64,000 bases of DNA, from NCBI RefSeq assembly GCF_036321535.1, contig NC_087436.1, forward strand, positions 3,038,001 through 3,102,000, given 5' to 3'. The position numbers and the translations under genes are program-made. Origin of the DNA: Camelus dromedarius (taxonomy: Eukaryota). A model generated the notes under the pieces. The model saw nothing but the letters and a program-made list of their open reading frames with translations, did no database searches and was not told the DNA's origin. Positions 13,791 to 26,900 of the stretch are shown here, one piece after another (the stretch's first letter is position 1; every line of letters begins with the position of its first letter).

Positions 13791-16700
13791 GGCTTTCACA
13801 CACACTTATCTCTCAGAACAGAGCATGTGGAGAGACGTTCCTTAATCTAGCACAAATGGAACGGGTTGCAGGGGAAATTTTTAGTCTGCTTCTCAGTCTG
13901 TTTCCTAGTGCCGGTTTGAAGTTCCTGCAGTTTTCACTGTGAAACCGAGTTGGGGCTAGTACCTCCCCATATATATTTATGGAGTGGAGTTTGCAACTGA
14001 AAAGGAAGTATGTGTTCCCAACAAGCTAGGTGAAGGACGGCTTTCACACACACTTATCTCTGAGAACTGAGCATGTTGAGAGACGTTCGTTCATCTAGCA
14101 AAAAGGGAACGGGTTGCAGGAGAATCTTTTACTCTGGTTTCTCAGTCTGATTCCTAGTGCCGGTTTGAACTTCCTGCAGTTTTCACTGTAAAAGAGATTT
14201 AAGTTAGTACTTCCCCATATATATTTATGGAGTGGGGTTTGCAACTGAAAAGAAACTTTGTGTTCCCAACAAGCTAGGTGAAGGACGGTTTTCACACACA
14301 CTTTTCTCTCAGAACTGAGCATGTGTAGAGACTTTCGTTCATCTAGGAAAAAGGGAATGGGTTGCAGGTGTAACTTTTACTCTGGTTTCTCAGTCTGTTT
14401 CCTAGTGCCGGTTGAATTTCCTGCATTTTTCACTGTAAAACGGAGTTGGAGCTACTACCTCCCCATATATATGTATGGATTGGAGTTTGCAAGTGAAAAG
14501 AATCTTTGTGTTCCCAACAAGCTAGGTGAAGGATGGCTTTCACACACACTTTTCTCCCAGAAATGAGCATGTGGAGAGACGTTCGTTCATCTAGCACAAA
14601 GGGAACGGGTTGCAGGAGAAAATTTTACTGCGGTTTCTCAGTCTGTTTCGTAGTGCCGGTTTGAATTTCCTGCAGTTTTCACTGTAAAACCGAGTTGGGG
14701 CTAGTAGCTCCCCATAAATATGTATGGAGTGGAGTTTGCATCTGAAAAGAAACTTTGTGTTCCTAACAAGCTAGGTGAAGGACGGCTTTCACACACACTT
14801 ATGTCTCAGAACTGAGCATGTGGAGAGACGTTCGTTCATCTAGCAAAAAGAAACGGGTTGCAGGAGAAAATTTTACTCTGGATTCTCAGTCTGTTTCCTA
14901 GTGCCGGTTTGAAGTTCCTGCAGATTTCACTGTAAAACCGAGTTGTAGCTAGAACCTCTCCATATATATGTATGGATTGGAGTTTGCAACTGAAAAGAAA
15001 CTTTGTGTTCCCAACAAGCTAGGTGAAGTACGGCTTTCACACACACTTATCTCTCAGAACTGAGCATGTGGAGAGACGTTCGTTCATCTAGCACAAATGG
15101 AACGGGTTGCAGGGGAAACCCTTACTCTGCTTTCCCAGTCTGTTTCCTAGTGCCGATTTGAAGTACCTGCAGTTTTCACTGTAAAACCGAGTTGGAGCTA
15201 GTACCTACCCATATATATGTATGGATAGGAGTTTGCAAGTGAAAAGAATCTTTGTCTTCCCAACAAGCTAGGTAAAGAACGGCTTTCACACACAATTATC
15301 ACTCAGAACTAAGCATGTGGAGAGACGTTCGTTCATCTAGCAAAAAGGGAACGGTTTGCAGGAGAAACTTTTACTCTGGTTTCACAGTCTGTTTCCTAGT
15401 GCCGTTTGGAATTTCCTGCAGTTTTCACTGAGAAACAGAGTTGGGGCTAGTACCTCCCATATATATGTATGGATTGGAGTTTGCAACTGGAAAGAAACTT
15501 TGTGTACCCAACAAGCTAGGTGAAGGACGGCTTCCACACACACATATCTCTCAGAACTGAGCATGTGGAGAGACGTTCGTTCAACTAGCACAAAGGGAAC
15601 TGGTTGCAGGAGAAACTTTTACTCTGGTTTCTCAGTCTGTTTCCTAGTGCCGGTTTGAAGTTCCTGCAGTTTTCACTGTAAAACCGAGTTGGAGCTAGTA
15701 CTTCCCCATAAATATGCATGGAGTGGAGTTTGCAACTGAAAAGATACTTTGTGTTCCCAAAAAGCTAGGTGAAGTACGGCTTTCACACACACGTTTCTCT
15801 CAGAACTGAGCATGTGGAGAGACGTTCCTTAATCTAGCAAAAAGGGAACGGGTTGCAGGAGAAACTTTTAGTCTGGTTTCTCAGTCTGTTTCCTAGTGCC
15901 GGTTTGAAGTTCCTGCAGTTTTCACTGTGAAACCGAGTTGGGGCTAGTACCTCCCCATATATATTTATGGAGTGGAGTTTGCAACTGAAAAGAAAGTTTG
16001 TGTTCCCAACAAGCTAGGTGAAGGACGGCTTTCACACACACGTATCTCTCAGAACTGAGCATGTGGAGAGACGTTCCTTAATCTAGCACAAAGGGAACGG
16101 GTTGCAGGAGAAACTTTTAGTCTGGTTTCTCAGTCTGTTTCCTAGTGCCGGTTTGAAGTTCCTGCAGTTTTCACTGTAAAACCGAGTTGGAGCTAGTACT
16201 TCCCCATAAATATGTATGGAGTGGAGTTTGCAACTAAAAAGATACTTTGTGTTCCCTAAAAGCTACGTGAAGGACGGCTTTCACACACACTTATCTCTCA
16301 GAACTGAGCATGTGGAGAGACGATCGTTCATCTAGCCAAAAGGAAAGGGTTGCAGGACAAACTTTTACTCTGGTTTCTCAGACTGTTTCCTAGTGCCGGT
16401 TTGAAGTTCCTGCAGTTTTCACTGTAAAACCGAGGTGGAGCTAGTACCTAACCATATATATGTATGGAGTGAAGTTTGCAACTGAAAAGAAACTTTGTGT
16501 TCCCAACAAGCTAGGTTAAGGACGGCTTTCACACACACTTATCTCTCAGAACTGAGCATGTGGAGAGACGTTTCTTAATCTAGCACAAAGGGATCGGGTT
16601 GCAGGAGAAACTTTTACTCTGGTTTCTCAGTCTGTTTCCTAGTGCCGGTTTGAAGTTCCTGCAGTTTTCACTGTGAAACCGAGTTGGGGCTAGTACCTCC

Positions 16701-18512
16701 CCATATATATTTATGGAGTGGAGTTTGCAACTGAAAAGAAACTTTGTGTTCCCAACAAGCTAGGTGAAGGACGGCTTTCACACACACTTATCTCTCAGAA
16801 CTTAGCATGTGGAGAGACGTTCGTTCATCTAGCACAAATGGAACGGGTTGAAGGAGAAACTATTACTCTGGATTCCCAGTCTGTTTCCTAGTGCCGGTTT
16901 GAAGTTCCTTCAGTTTTCACTGTAAAACCGAGTTGGAGCTAGTACATACCCATACATATGTATGGATTGGAATTTGCAACTGAAAAGAATCTTTGTCTTC
17001 CCAACAAGCTAGGTGAAGGACGGCTTTCACACACACTTATCTCTCAGAACTGAGCATGTGGAGAGACGATCGTTCATCTAGCAAAAAGGGAACGGGTTGC
17101 AGGAGAAACTTTTACTCTGGTTTCTCAGTCTGTTTCCTAGTGCCGGTTTGATGTTCCTGCAGTTTTCACTTTAAAACCGATTTGGAGTTAGTACCACCCC
17201 ATATATATGTATGGAGTGGAGGTTGCAACTTAAAAGAAAATTTGTGTTCCCAACAAGCTAGTTTAAGGACGGTTTTCACTCACTCTTATCTCTCAGAACT
17301 GAGCATGTGGAGAGACATTCGTTCATCTAGCAAGAACGGAACGGGTTGCAGGTGTAACTTTTACTCTGGTTTCTCAGTCTGTTTCCTAGTGCCGGTTTGA
17401 AGTTCCTGCAGATTTCACTGTAAAACCAAGTTGGAGCTAGTACATCCCCATATATATGTATGGATTGCAGTTTGCAAGTGAAAATAAACTTTGTGTTCAC
17501 AACAAGCAGGGTGAAGGACGGCTTTCACACACACTTATCTCTCAGAACTGAGAATGTTGAGAGACGTTCGTTCATCTAGGACAAAGGAACGGGTTGCAGT
17601 AGAAAATTTTACTCTGGTTTCTCAGTCTGTTTCCTTGTGCCGGTTTGAAGTTACTGCAGTTTTCACTGTAAAACCGAGTTGGAGCTAGTACCTCCCCATA
17701 TATATGTATGGAGTGGAGTTTGCAACTGAAAAGATACTTTGTGTTCCCAACAAGCTTAGTGAAGGACGGTTTTTACACACACTTATCTCTCAGAACTGAG
17801 CATGTGGAGAGACGTTCGTTCATCTAGCACAAAGGGAAAGGGTTTCAGGAGAAATTTTACTCTGGTTTCTCAGTCTGTTTCCTAGTACCGGTTTGAAGTT
17901 CCTGCAGTTTTCACTGTAAAATCGAGTTGGAGCTAGTACCCTCCCCATGTATATGTATGGATTGGAGTTTGCAAGTGAAAAGAAACTTTGTGTTCCCAAC
18001 AAGCTAGTTGAAGGACGGCTTTCACACACACTTATCTCTCAGAACTGTGCATGTGGAGAGAAGTTCGTTCATCTAGAACAAAGGGAAATGGTTGCAGGGG
18101 AAATTTTACTCTGGATTCTCAGTCTGTTTCCTAGTGCCGGTTTGAAGTTCCTGCAGTTTTCACTGTAAAACCGAGTTGGAGCTAGTACCTCCCCATATAT
18201 ATGAGCGGATTGCACTTTGCAAGTGAAAATACACTTTGTGTTCCCAACAAGCTTGTTGAAGGAAGGCTTTCTCACACACTTATCTCTCAGAACTGAGCAT
18301 GTTGAGAGATGTTCGTTCATCTAGGACAAAGGAACGGGTTGCAGTAGAAAATTTTACTCTGGTTTCTCTGGCTGTTTCCTAGTGCCGGTTTGAAGTTCCT
18401 GCAGTTTTCACTGTAAAACAGATTTGGAGCTAGTACCTCCCCATATATATGTATGTAGTGGAGTTTGAAACTGAAAAGAAACTTTGTGTTCCCAACAAGC
18501 TAGGTGAAGGAC
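13791..18512. repeat. 19-monomer tandem duplication, copy 2 (4722 bp)
   Basis: Matches 9071-13790 apart from two single-C indels near 17695 and 17940; chimeric junction monomer at about 13727-13942. Confidence 0.95.
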
Positions 18513-21500
18513 GGCTTTCACACACACTTATCTCTCAGACCTTAGCATGTGGAGAGATGTTCGTTCATCTAGCACAAAGGGAACGGGTTGCAGGGGAAAC
18601 TTTTCTCTGGTTTCACAGTCTGTTTCCTAGTGCCGGGTTGAAGTTCCTGCAGTATTCACTGTAAAACCGAGTTGTATCTAGTACCTCCCCATATATATGT
18701 ATGGAGTGGAGTTTGCAACATGAAAAGAAACTTTGTGTTCCCTACAAGCTAGGTAAAGGACCGCTTTCACACACACAGATCTCTTAGAACTGAGCATGTG
18801 GAGAGACGTTCGTTCATCTAGCACAAAGGGAACGGGTTGCAGGAGAAACTCTTAGTCTGGTTTCCCAGTCTGTTTCTTAATGCCGGTTTGAAGTTCCTGC
18901 AGTTTTCACTGTAAAACCGAGTTGGAGCTAGTACATACCCATATAAATATATGGATTGGAGTTTGCAAGTGAAAAGAATCTTTGTGTTCCCAAGAAGCTA
19001 GGTGAAGGACGGCTTTCACACACACTTATCTCTCAGAACTGAGCATGTGGAGAGACGGTCGTTCATCTAGCAAAAAGGGAACGGGTTGCAGGAGAAACTT
19101 TTACTCTTTTTTCTCAGTCTGTTTCCTAGTGCCGGTTTAAAGTTCTTGCAGTTTTCATTGTAAAACCGATTTGGAGTTAGTACCACCCCATATATATGTA
19201 TGGAGTGGAGGTTGCAACTGAAAAGAAACTTTGTGTTCCCAACAAGCTAGGTGAAGGACGGTTTTCACACACACTTATCTCTCAGAACTGAGCATGTGGA
19301 TAGACGTTCATTCATCTAGCAAAAACGGAACGGGTTGCAGGTGTAACTTTTACTCTGGTTTCTCAGTCTGTTTCCTTAGTGCCGGTTTGAAGTTCCTGCA
19401 GGTTTCACTGTAAAACCGAGTTGGAGCTAGTACCTTTTAATATATATGTATGGATAGCAGTTTGCAAGTAAAAAGAAACTTTGTGTTCCCAACAAGTTAG
19501 GTGAAGAACGGCTTTCACACAAACTATCTCTCAGAACTGAGCATGTGGAGAGACGTTCGTTCATCTAGGACAAAGAACGGGTTGCAGTAGAAAATTTTAC
19601 TCTGGTTTCTCAGTCTGTTTCCTAGTGCCGGTTTGAAGTTCCTGCAGTTTTCACTGTAAATCCGAGTTGGAGCTAGGACCTCCCAATATATATGTATGTA
19701 GTGGAGTTTGCAACTGAAAAGAAACTTTGTGTTCCCAACAAGCTAGGTGAAGGACGGCTTTCACACACACTTATCTCTCAGAACTTAGCATGTGGAGAGA
19801 CGTTCGTTCATCTAGCACAAATGGAACGGGTTGCAGGAGAAACTATTACTCTGGTTTCCCAGTCTGTTTCCTAGTGCCGGTTTGAAGTTCCTGCAGTTTT
19901 CACTGTAAAACCGAGTTGGATCTAGTAAATACCCATACATATGTATGGATTGGAATTTGCAACTGAAAAGAATCTTTGCCTTCTCAACAAGCTAGGTGAA
20001 GGACGGCTTTCACACACACTTATCTCTCAGAACTGAGCATGTGGAGAGATGGTCGTTCATCTAGCAAAAAGGAACGGCTTGCAGGAGAAACTTTTACTCT
20101 GGTTTCTCAGTCTGTTTCTTAGTGCCGGTTTGATGTTCCTGCAGTTTTCACTTTAAAACCGATTTGGAGCTAGTACCACCCCATATATATGTATGGAGTG
20201 GAGGTTGCAACTTAAAAGAAACTTTGTGTTCCCAACAAGCTAGGTTAAGGACGGTTTTCACTCACTCTTATCTCTCAGAACTCAGCATGTGGAGAGACGT
20301 TCGTTCATCTAGCAAGAACGGAACGGGTTCCAGGTGTAACTTTTACTCTGGTTTCTCAGTCTGTTTCCTAGTGCCGGTTTGAAGTTCCTTCAGGTTTCAC
20401 TAAAAATCGAGTTGGAGCTAGTACCTCCCCATATGTATGTATGGAGTGCAGTTTGCAACTGAAAAGAAACTTTGTGTTCCCAACAAGCTAGTTGAAGGTC
20501 GGCTTACACACACAATTATCTCTCAGAAATGAGCATGTGGAAAGACGTTCGTTCATCCAGCACAAAGGGAACGGGTTGCAGGAGAAACTTTTACTCTGGT
20601 TTCTCAGTCTGTTTCCTAGTGCCGATTTGAAGTTCCTGCAATTTTCACTGTAAAACCGAGTTGGAGCTAGTACCTCCCCATATATATGTATGGAGTGGAG
20701 TTTGCAACTGAAAAGAAACTTTGTGTTCCCAACAAGCTAGGTGAAGAATGGCTTTCACACACACTTATCTCTCAGAACTGAGCATGTGTAGAGATGTTCG
20801 TTCATTTAGCACAAAAGGAACGGGTTGCAGGAGAAACTTTTACTCTGGTTTCTCAGTCTGTTTCCTAGTACCGGTATGAAGTTCCTGCAGTTTTCACTGT
20901 AAAACCGAGTTGGAGCTAGTACCTCCCCATATATATATACGGATTGCAGTTTGCAAGTGAAAATAAACTTTGTGTTCCCAACAAGCAGGGTGAAGGACGG
21001 CTTTCACACACACTTATCTCTCAGAACTGAGCATGTTGAGAGACGTTCGTTCATCTAGGACAAAGGAACTGGTTGCAGTAGAAAATTTTACTCTGGTTTC
21101 TCAGTCTGTTTCCTAGTGCCGGTTTGAAGTTCCTGCAGTTTCACTGTAAAATCGAGTTGGAGCTAGTACCTCCCCATATATATGTATGGAGTGGAGTTTG
21201 CAACTGAAAAGATACTTTGTGTTCCCAACAAGCTTAGTGAAGGACGGATTTTACACACACTTATCTCTCAGAACTGAGCATGTGGAGAGACGTTCGTTCA
21301 TCTAGCACAAAGGGAAAGGGTTGCAGGAGAAATTTTACTCTGGTTTCTCAGTCTGTTTCCTAGTACCGGTTTGAAGTTCCTGCAGTTTTCACTGTAAAAC
21401 CGAGTTGGAGCTACTACCTCCCCATATATATGAGCGGATTGCAGTTTGCAAGTGAAAATACTCTTTGTGTTCCCAACAAGCTAGTTGAAGGACGGCTTTC

Positions 21501-22650
21501 TCACACACTTATCTCTCAGAACTGAGCATGTTGAGAGACGTTCGTTCATCTAGGACAAAGGAACGGGTTGCAGTAGAAAATTTTACTCTGGTTTCTCAGT
21601 CTGTTTCCTAGTGCCGGTTTGAAGTTCCTGCAGTTTTCACTGTAAAACCGAGTTGAAACTAGTACCTCCCCATATATATGTATGTAGTGGAGTTTGCAAC
21701 TGAAAAGAAACTTTGTGTTCCCAACAAGCTAGGTGAAGGACGGCTTTCACACACACTTATCTCTCAGAACTTAGCATGTGGAGAGACGTTCGTTCATCTA
21801 GCACAAAGGGAACGGGTTGCAGGGGAAACTTTTCTCTGGTTTCACAGTCTGTTTCCTAGTGCCGGGTTGAAGTTCCTGCAGTATTCACTGTAAAACCGAG
21901 TTGTATCTAGTACCTCCCCATATATATGTATGTAGTGGAGTTTGCAACTTGAAAAGAAACTTTGTGTTCCCTACAAGCTAGGTAAAGGACGGCTTTCACA
22001 CACACAGTTCTCTTAGAACTGAGCATGTGGAGAGACGTTCGTTCATCTAGCACAAAGGGAACGGGTTGCAGGGGAAACTATTAGTCTGGTTTCCCAGTCT
22101 GTTTCTTAGTGCCGGTTTGAAGTTCCTGCAGTTTTCACTGTAAAACCGAGTCGGAGCTAGTACATACCCATATATATGTATGGATTGGAGTTTGCAAGTG
22201 AAAAGAATCTTTGTGTTCCCAATAAGCTAGGTGAAGGACGGCTTTCACACACACTTATCTCTCAGAACTGAGCATGTGGAGAGACGGTCGTTCATCTAGC
22301 AAAAAGGGAACGGGTTTCAGGAGAAACTTTTACTCTGGTTTCTCAGTCTGTTTCCTAGTGCCGGTTTAAAGTTCCTGCAGTTTTCATTGTAAAACCGATT
22401 TGGAGTTAGTACCACCCCATATATATGTATGGAGTGGAGGTTGCAACTGAAAAGAAACTTTGTGTTCCCAACAAGCTAGGTGAAGGACGGTTTTCACACA
22501 CACTTATCTCTCAGAACTGAGCATGTGGATAGACGTTCGCTCATCTAGCAAAAACGGAACGGGTTGCAGGTGTAACTTTTACTCTGGTTTCACAGTCTGT
22601 TTCCTAGTGCCGGTTTGAAGTTCCTGCAGGTTTCACTAAAAATCGAGTTG
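16800..22650. repeat. Older diverged block duplication, period 12-14 monomers (about 16800-19400 vs about 19780-22650)
   Basis: Similar but non-identical ORFs at 17182/20164 (offset 2982) and 18449/21678 (3229). Markers 'aaataaactt...caagcaggg' at 17462/20941 (3479) and 'tgagcggattgca' at 18202/21431 (3229). Confidence 0.8.
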
Positions 22651-23933
22651 GAGCTAGTACCTCCCCATATGTATGTATGGAGTGCAGTTTGCAACTGAAA
22701 AGAAACTTTGTGTTCCCAACAAGCTAGTTGAAGGTCGGCTTCACACACACTTATCTCTCAGAAATGAGCATATGGAAAGACGTTCGTTCATCCAGCACAA
22801 AGGGAACGGGTTGCAGGAGAAACTTTTACTCTGGTTTCTCAGTCTGTTTCCTAGTGCCGATTTGAAGTTCCTGCAGTTTTCACTGTAAAACCGAGTTGGA
22901 GCTTGTACCTCCCCTTATATATGTATGGAGTGGAGTTTGCAACTGAAAAGAAACTTTGTGTTCCCAACAAGCTAGGTGAAGGATGGCTTTCACACACACT
23001 TATCTCTCAGAACTGAGCATGTGTAGAGATGATCGTTCATTTAGCACAAAAGGAACGGTTTGCAGGAGAAAGTTTTACTCTGGGTTCTCAGTCTGTTTCC
23101 TAGTGCCGGATTGAAGTTCCTGCAGTTTTCACTGTAAAACCGAGTTGGAGCTAGTACCTTCAAATATATATGTATGGATAGCAGTTGGCAAGTAAAAAGA
23201 AACTTTGTGTTCCCAACAAGCTAGGTGAAGGACGGCTTTCACACACAATTATCTCTCAGAACTGAGCATGTGGAGAGACGTTCGTTCATCTAGCACAAGG
23301 GGAACGGGTTGCAGGAGAAACTTTACTCTGGTTTCTCAGCCTGTTTCCTAGTGCCGGTTTGAAGTTCCTGCAGTTTTCACTGTAAAACCGAGTTGGTTAT
23401 AGTACCTACCCATATATAAGTATGGAGTGGAGTTTGCAACTGAAAAGAAACTTTGTGATCCCAACAAGCTAGGTGAAGGACGGCTTTCACACAAAGTTAA
23501 CTCTCAGAACTGAGCATGTGGTGAGACGTTCGTTCATCTAGCACAAAGGGAAAGGGTTGCAGGAGAAACTTTTACTCTGGTTTCTCAGACTTTTTCCTAG
23601 TGCTGGTTTGAAGTTCCTGCAGTTTTCACAGTAAAACCGAGTTGGAGCTAGTACCTCCCCATATATATGTATGGAGTGGAGTTTGCCACTTAAAAGAAAC
23701 TTTGTGTTCCCAACAAGCTAGGTGAAGGACGGCTTTCACACAAACTTATCTCTCAGAACTTAGCATGTGGAGAGACGTTCGTTCATCTAGCAAAATTGGA
23801 ACGGGTTGCAGGAGAAACTTTTACTCTGGTTTCTCAGTCTGTTTCCTAGTGCCGGATTGAAGATCCTGCAATTTTCACTGTAAAACCGATTTGGAGTTAG
23901 TAAATCCCAATATATATGTATGGATTTGAGTTA

Positions 23934-26900
23934 GCAACTGAAAAGATACTTTGTGTTCCCATCAAGCTTGGTGAAGGACGGTTTTCACACACACATATCT
24001 CTCAGAACTGAGCATGTGGAGAGACGTTCGTTCATCTAGCAAAAATGGAACGGGTTGCAGGAGTAACTTTACTCTGGTTTCTCAGTCTGTTTCCTAGTGC
24101 CGTTTTGAAGTTCTGGCATTTTTCACTGTAAAACCGATTTGGAGCTAGTACCTCCCCATATATTTGTATGGATTGCAGTTTGCAAGTGAAAAGAAAATTT
24201 GTGTTCCCAACAAGCTAGGTGAAGAACGGCTTTCACACGCACTTATCTCTCAGAACTGAGCATGTGGAGAGAAGTCCGTTCATCTAGCACAAAGGGAACG
24301 GTTTGCAAGAGAAAATTTTTCTCTGGTTTCTCAGTCTGTTTCCTAGTGCCGGTTTGAATTTCCTGCAGTTTTCACTGTAAAACCGAGTTGGAGCTAGTAC
24401 CTCCCCATATATATGTATGGATTGCAGTTTGCAACTTAAAAGAAACTTTGTTTTCCCAACAAGCTAGTTGAAGGACGGCTTTCACACACACATATCTCTC
24501 AGAACTGAGCATGTGGAGAGACGTTCGTTCATTTAGCACAAAGAAACTTGTTGCAGGAGAAACTTTTACTCTGGTTTCTCAGTCTGATTCCTATTGCCGG
24601 TTTGAAGTTCCTGCAGTTTTCACTGTAAACCCGAGTTGGTTATAGTACCTACCCATATATAAGTATGGAGTGGAGTTTGCAACTGAAAAGAAACTTTGTG
24701 ATCCCAACAAGCTAGGTGAAGGACGGCTTTCACACAAAGTTAACTCTCAGAACTGAGCATGTGGTGAGACGTTCGTTCATCTAGCACAAATTGAACGGGT
24801 TGCAGGAGAAACTTTTACTCTGGTTTCTCAGTCTGTTTCCTAGTACCAGTTTATTGTTCCTGCAGTTTTCACTGTAAAACCAAGTTGGAGCTAGTACCTC
24901 GCCATATATATGTATGGAGTGGAGTTTGCAACTGAATACAATCTTTGTGTTCCCAATAAGCTAGGTGAAAGAAGGCTTTCACACACACTTATCTCACAGA
25001 ACTGAGCATGTGGAGAGACGTTCGTTCATCTAGCAAAAAGGGAATGGTTTGCAGGAGAAACTGTTACTCTGGTTTCTCATTTTGTTTAATAGTGCCGGTT
25101 TGAAGTTCCTGCAGTTTTCACTGTAAAACCGAGTTGGAGCTAGTACCTCCCCATATATATGTATGGAGTGGAGTTGGCAACAGAAAAGAAAATTTGTGTT
25201 CCCAACAAGCTACGTGAAGGACGGCTTTCACACACACATATCTCACAGAACTGAGCATGTGGAGAGACGTTCGTTCATCTAGCACAAATGGAACGGGTTG
25301 CAACAGAAACTTTTACTCTGGTTTCTCAGTCTGTTTCCTAGTGCCGGTTTGAAGTTACTGCAGTTTTCACTGTAAACCGATTTGGAGCTAGTACCTCATC
25401 ATATATATATATGGAGTGGAGTTTGCAAGTGAAAAGAAATTTTGTGTTCCTAAAAAGCTAGGTGAAGAACTGCTCTCACACACACTTATCTCAGGGAACT
25501 GAGCATGTGGAGAGACGTTCGTTCATCTAGCACAATGTAACGGGTAGCAGGAGAAACTTTTCCTCTGGATTCTCAGTCTGTTTCCTAGTGCCGGATTCAA
25601 GTTCCTGCAGTTTTCACTGTAAAACCGAGTTGGAGCTAGTACATCCACATATATATTTATGGAGTGGTGTTTGCAAGTGAAAAGTAACTTTGTGTTCCCA
25701 ACAAGCTTGTTGAATGACGGCTTTCACACACACTAATCTCTCAGAACTGAGCATGTTGATAGACGTTCGTTCATCTAGCACAAAGGGAACGGTTTGCAGG
25801 AGAAACTTTTACTCTTGTTTCTCAGTCTGTTTCCTAGTGCCGGTTTGAATTTCCTGCAGTTTGCACTGTAAAACCGAGTTGGAGTTAGTACTTCCCCATA
25901 TATATGTATGGAGTGGAGTTTGCACCTGAAAAGAAACTTTGTGTTCCCAAAAAACTAGGTGAAGTACGGCTTTCACACTCACTTATTTCTGAGAACTGAG
26001 CATGTGGAGAGACGTTCGTTCATCTAGCACAATGGGAACTGGTATTAGGAGAAAATTTTACTCTGGTTTCTCAGTCTGTTTCCTAGTGACGTTTTGAAGT
26101 TCCTGCAGTTTTCACTGTAAAACCGAGTTGGAGCTAGTACCTCCCCATATATATGTATGGATTGGAGTTTGAAAGTGAAAAGAAACATTGTGTTCCCAAG
26201 AAGCTAGTTGAAGGACTGCTTTCACACACACTTATCTCTCAGAACTGAGCATGTGGCGAGACGTTCGTTCATCTAGCACAAAGGGAACAGGTTGCAGGAG
26301 AAACTTTTTCTCTGGTTTCTCAGTATGTTTCATGTTGCCGCTATGAATTTCCTGCAGTTTTCACTGTAAAATCGAGTTTGAGCTAGTACCTCCCCATATA
26401 TATGTATGGAGTGGAGTTTGCAACTGAAAAGAAACTTTGTGTTCCCACCAAGCTAGGTGAAGGACGACTTTCACACACACTTATCTCTCAGAACTGAGCA
26501 TGTGGAGAGACGTTCGTTCATCTAGCACAAATTGAACAGGTTGCAGGAGAAACTATTACTCTGGTTTCTCAGTCTGTTTCCTAGTGCCGGTATGAAGTTC
26601 CTGCAGTTTTCACTGTAAAAAAGAGTTGGAGCTAGTACCTCCCCATATATATGTATGGAGTGGAGTTTGCAACTGAAAAGAAACTTTGTGTTCCCACCAA
26701 GCTTGGTGAAAGACGACTTTCACACACACTTATCTCTCAGAACTGAGCATGTGGAGAGACGTTCGTTCATCTAGCACAAATTGAACAGGTTGCAGGAGAA
26801 ACTTTTACTCTGGTTTCTCAGTCTGTTTCCTAGTGCCGGTATGAAGTTCCTGCAGTTTTCACTGTAAAACCGAGTTGGAGCTAGTACCTCCGCATATATA

